Source of the DNA: Gemmatimonadota bacterium
GTDB lineage: Bacteria > Gemmatimonadota > Gemmatimonadetes > Palauibacterales > Palauibacteraceae
Reading direction: 5' to 3'
Assembly (NCBI GenBank): GCA_039588275.1
Contig: JBDHAC010000022.1
Coordinates: forward strand, 1-55,957
Length of the DNA: 55,957 nucleotides
Shown here: in pieces, positions 55,793 through 55,957 of the stretch
How positions within the stretch are numbered: the stretch's first letter is position 1
Layout: each line of letters begins with the position of its first letter
Translations under genes and position numbers: made by a program
The notes under the pieces: generated by a model
Seen by the model: only the letters and a program-made list of their open reading frames with translations
Database searches by the model: none
Told to the model about the DNA's origin: nothing

Positions 55793-55957
55793 GTGTCGAC
55801 GGCGACTCGAACGGGTTGAGAGCCTGTTGATCGAGCGGGTGCGTTTTCAGCTGACCATATGAAAGCGAGCGTTCCGGGAGTGGTACCCCGGGCGGGCACG
55901 CACCTACACTCGGTGTTGAGACCATCGGGTATGAGGCGCGCGCCCAACCCGGGAGAC

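Overview
GC-rich bacterial chromosomal segment with about 45 credible genes. Gemmatimonadota-like origin is an inference from the ECF/Ser-Thr kinase pair, the DUF5715-LysM protein and the many exported hydrolases. Contents, left to right: (1) a 5'-truncated MFS transporter and an exported SDR-ankyrin fusion; (2) a ~15 kb surface-polysaccharide locus (wzt/wzm ABC exporter, six glycosyltransferase genes including two multi-domain fusions, AsnB-type amidotransferase, SAM methyltransferase, antisense GNAT); (3) a ketopantoate reductase-like gene, a cassette-like GNAT next to an attC-like hairpin, an SGNH hydrolase and a DinB protein; (4) a sugar catabolism block (AKR, nagB, GH4, SSS); (5) a 1-Cys peroxiredoxin and an ECF43-type sigma factor / membrane kinase / divergent lipoprotein module; (6) an S9 peptidase and a CCC-family transporter; (7) a translationally coupled pair of an exported TPR protein and a single-pass membrane TIR protein, next to a phosphoesterase gene remnant; (8) D-aminoacylase, beta-carbonic anhydrase with an apparent premature TGA, DUF5715-LysM, YghX, a zinc-ribbon/permease/aminotransferase operon, a bicupin lipoprotein, ilvE, an amidohydrolase, vapBC with a visible operator and leaderless promoter, and a PQQ dehydrogenase. 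The best candidate for an undescribed system is the TPR + transmembrane TIR pair. No rRNA, tRNA or CRISPR array was seen. All family calls come from motif recognition by eye, not database searches.
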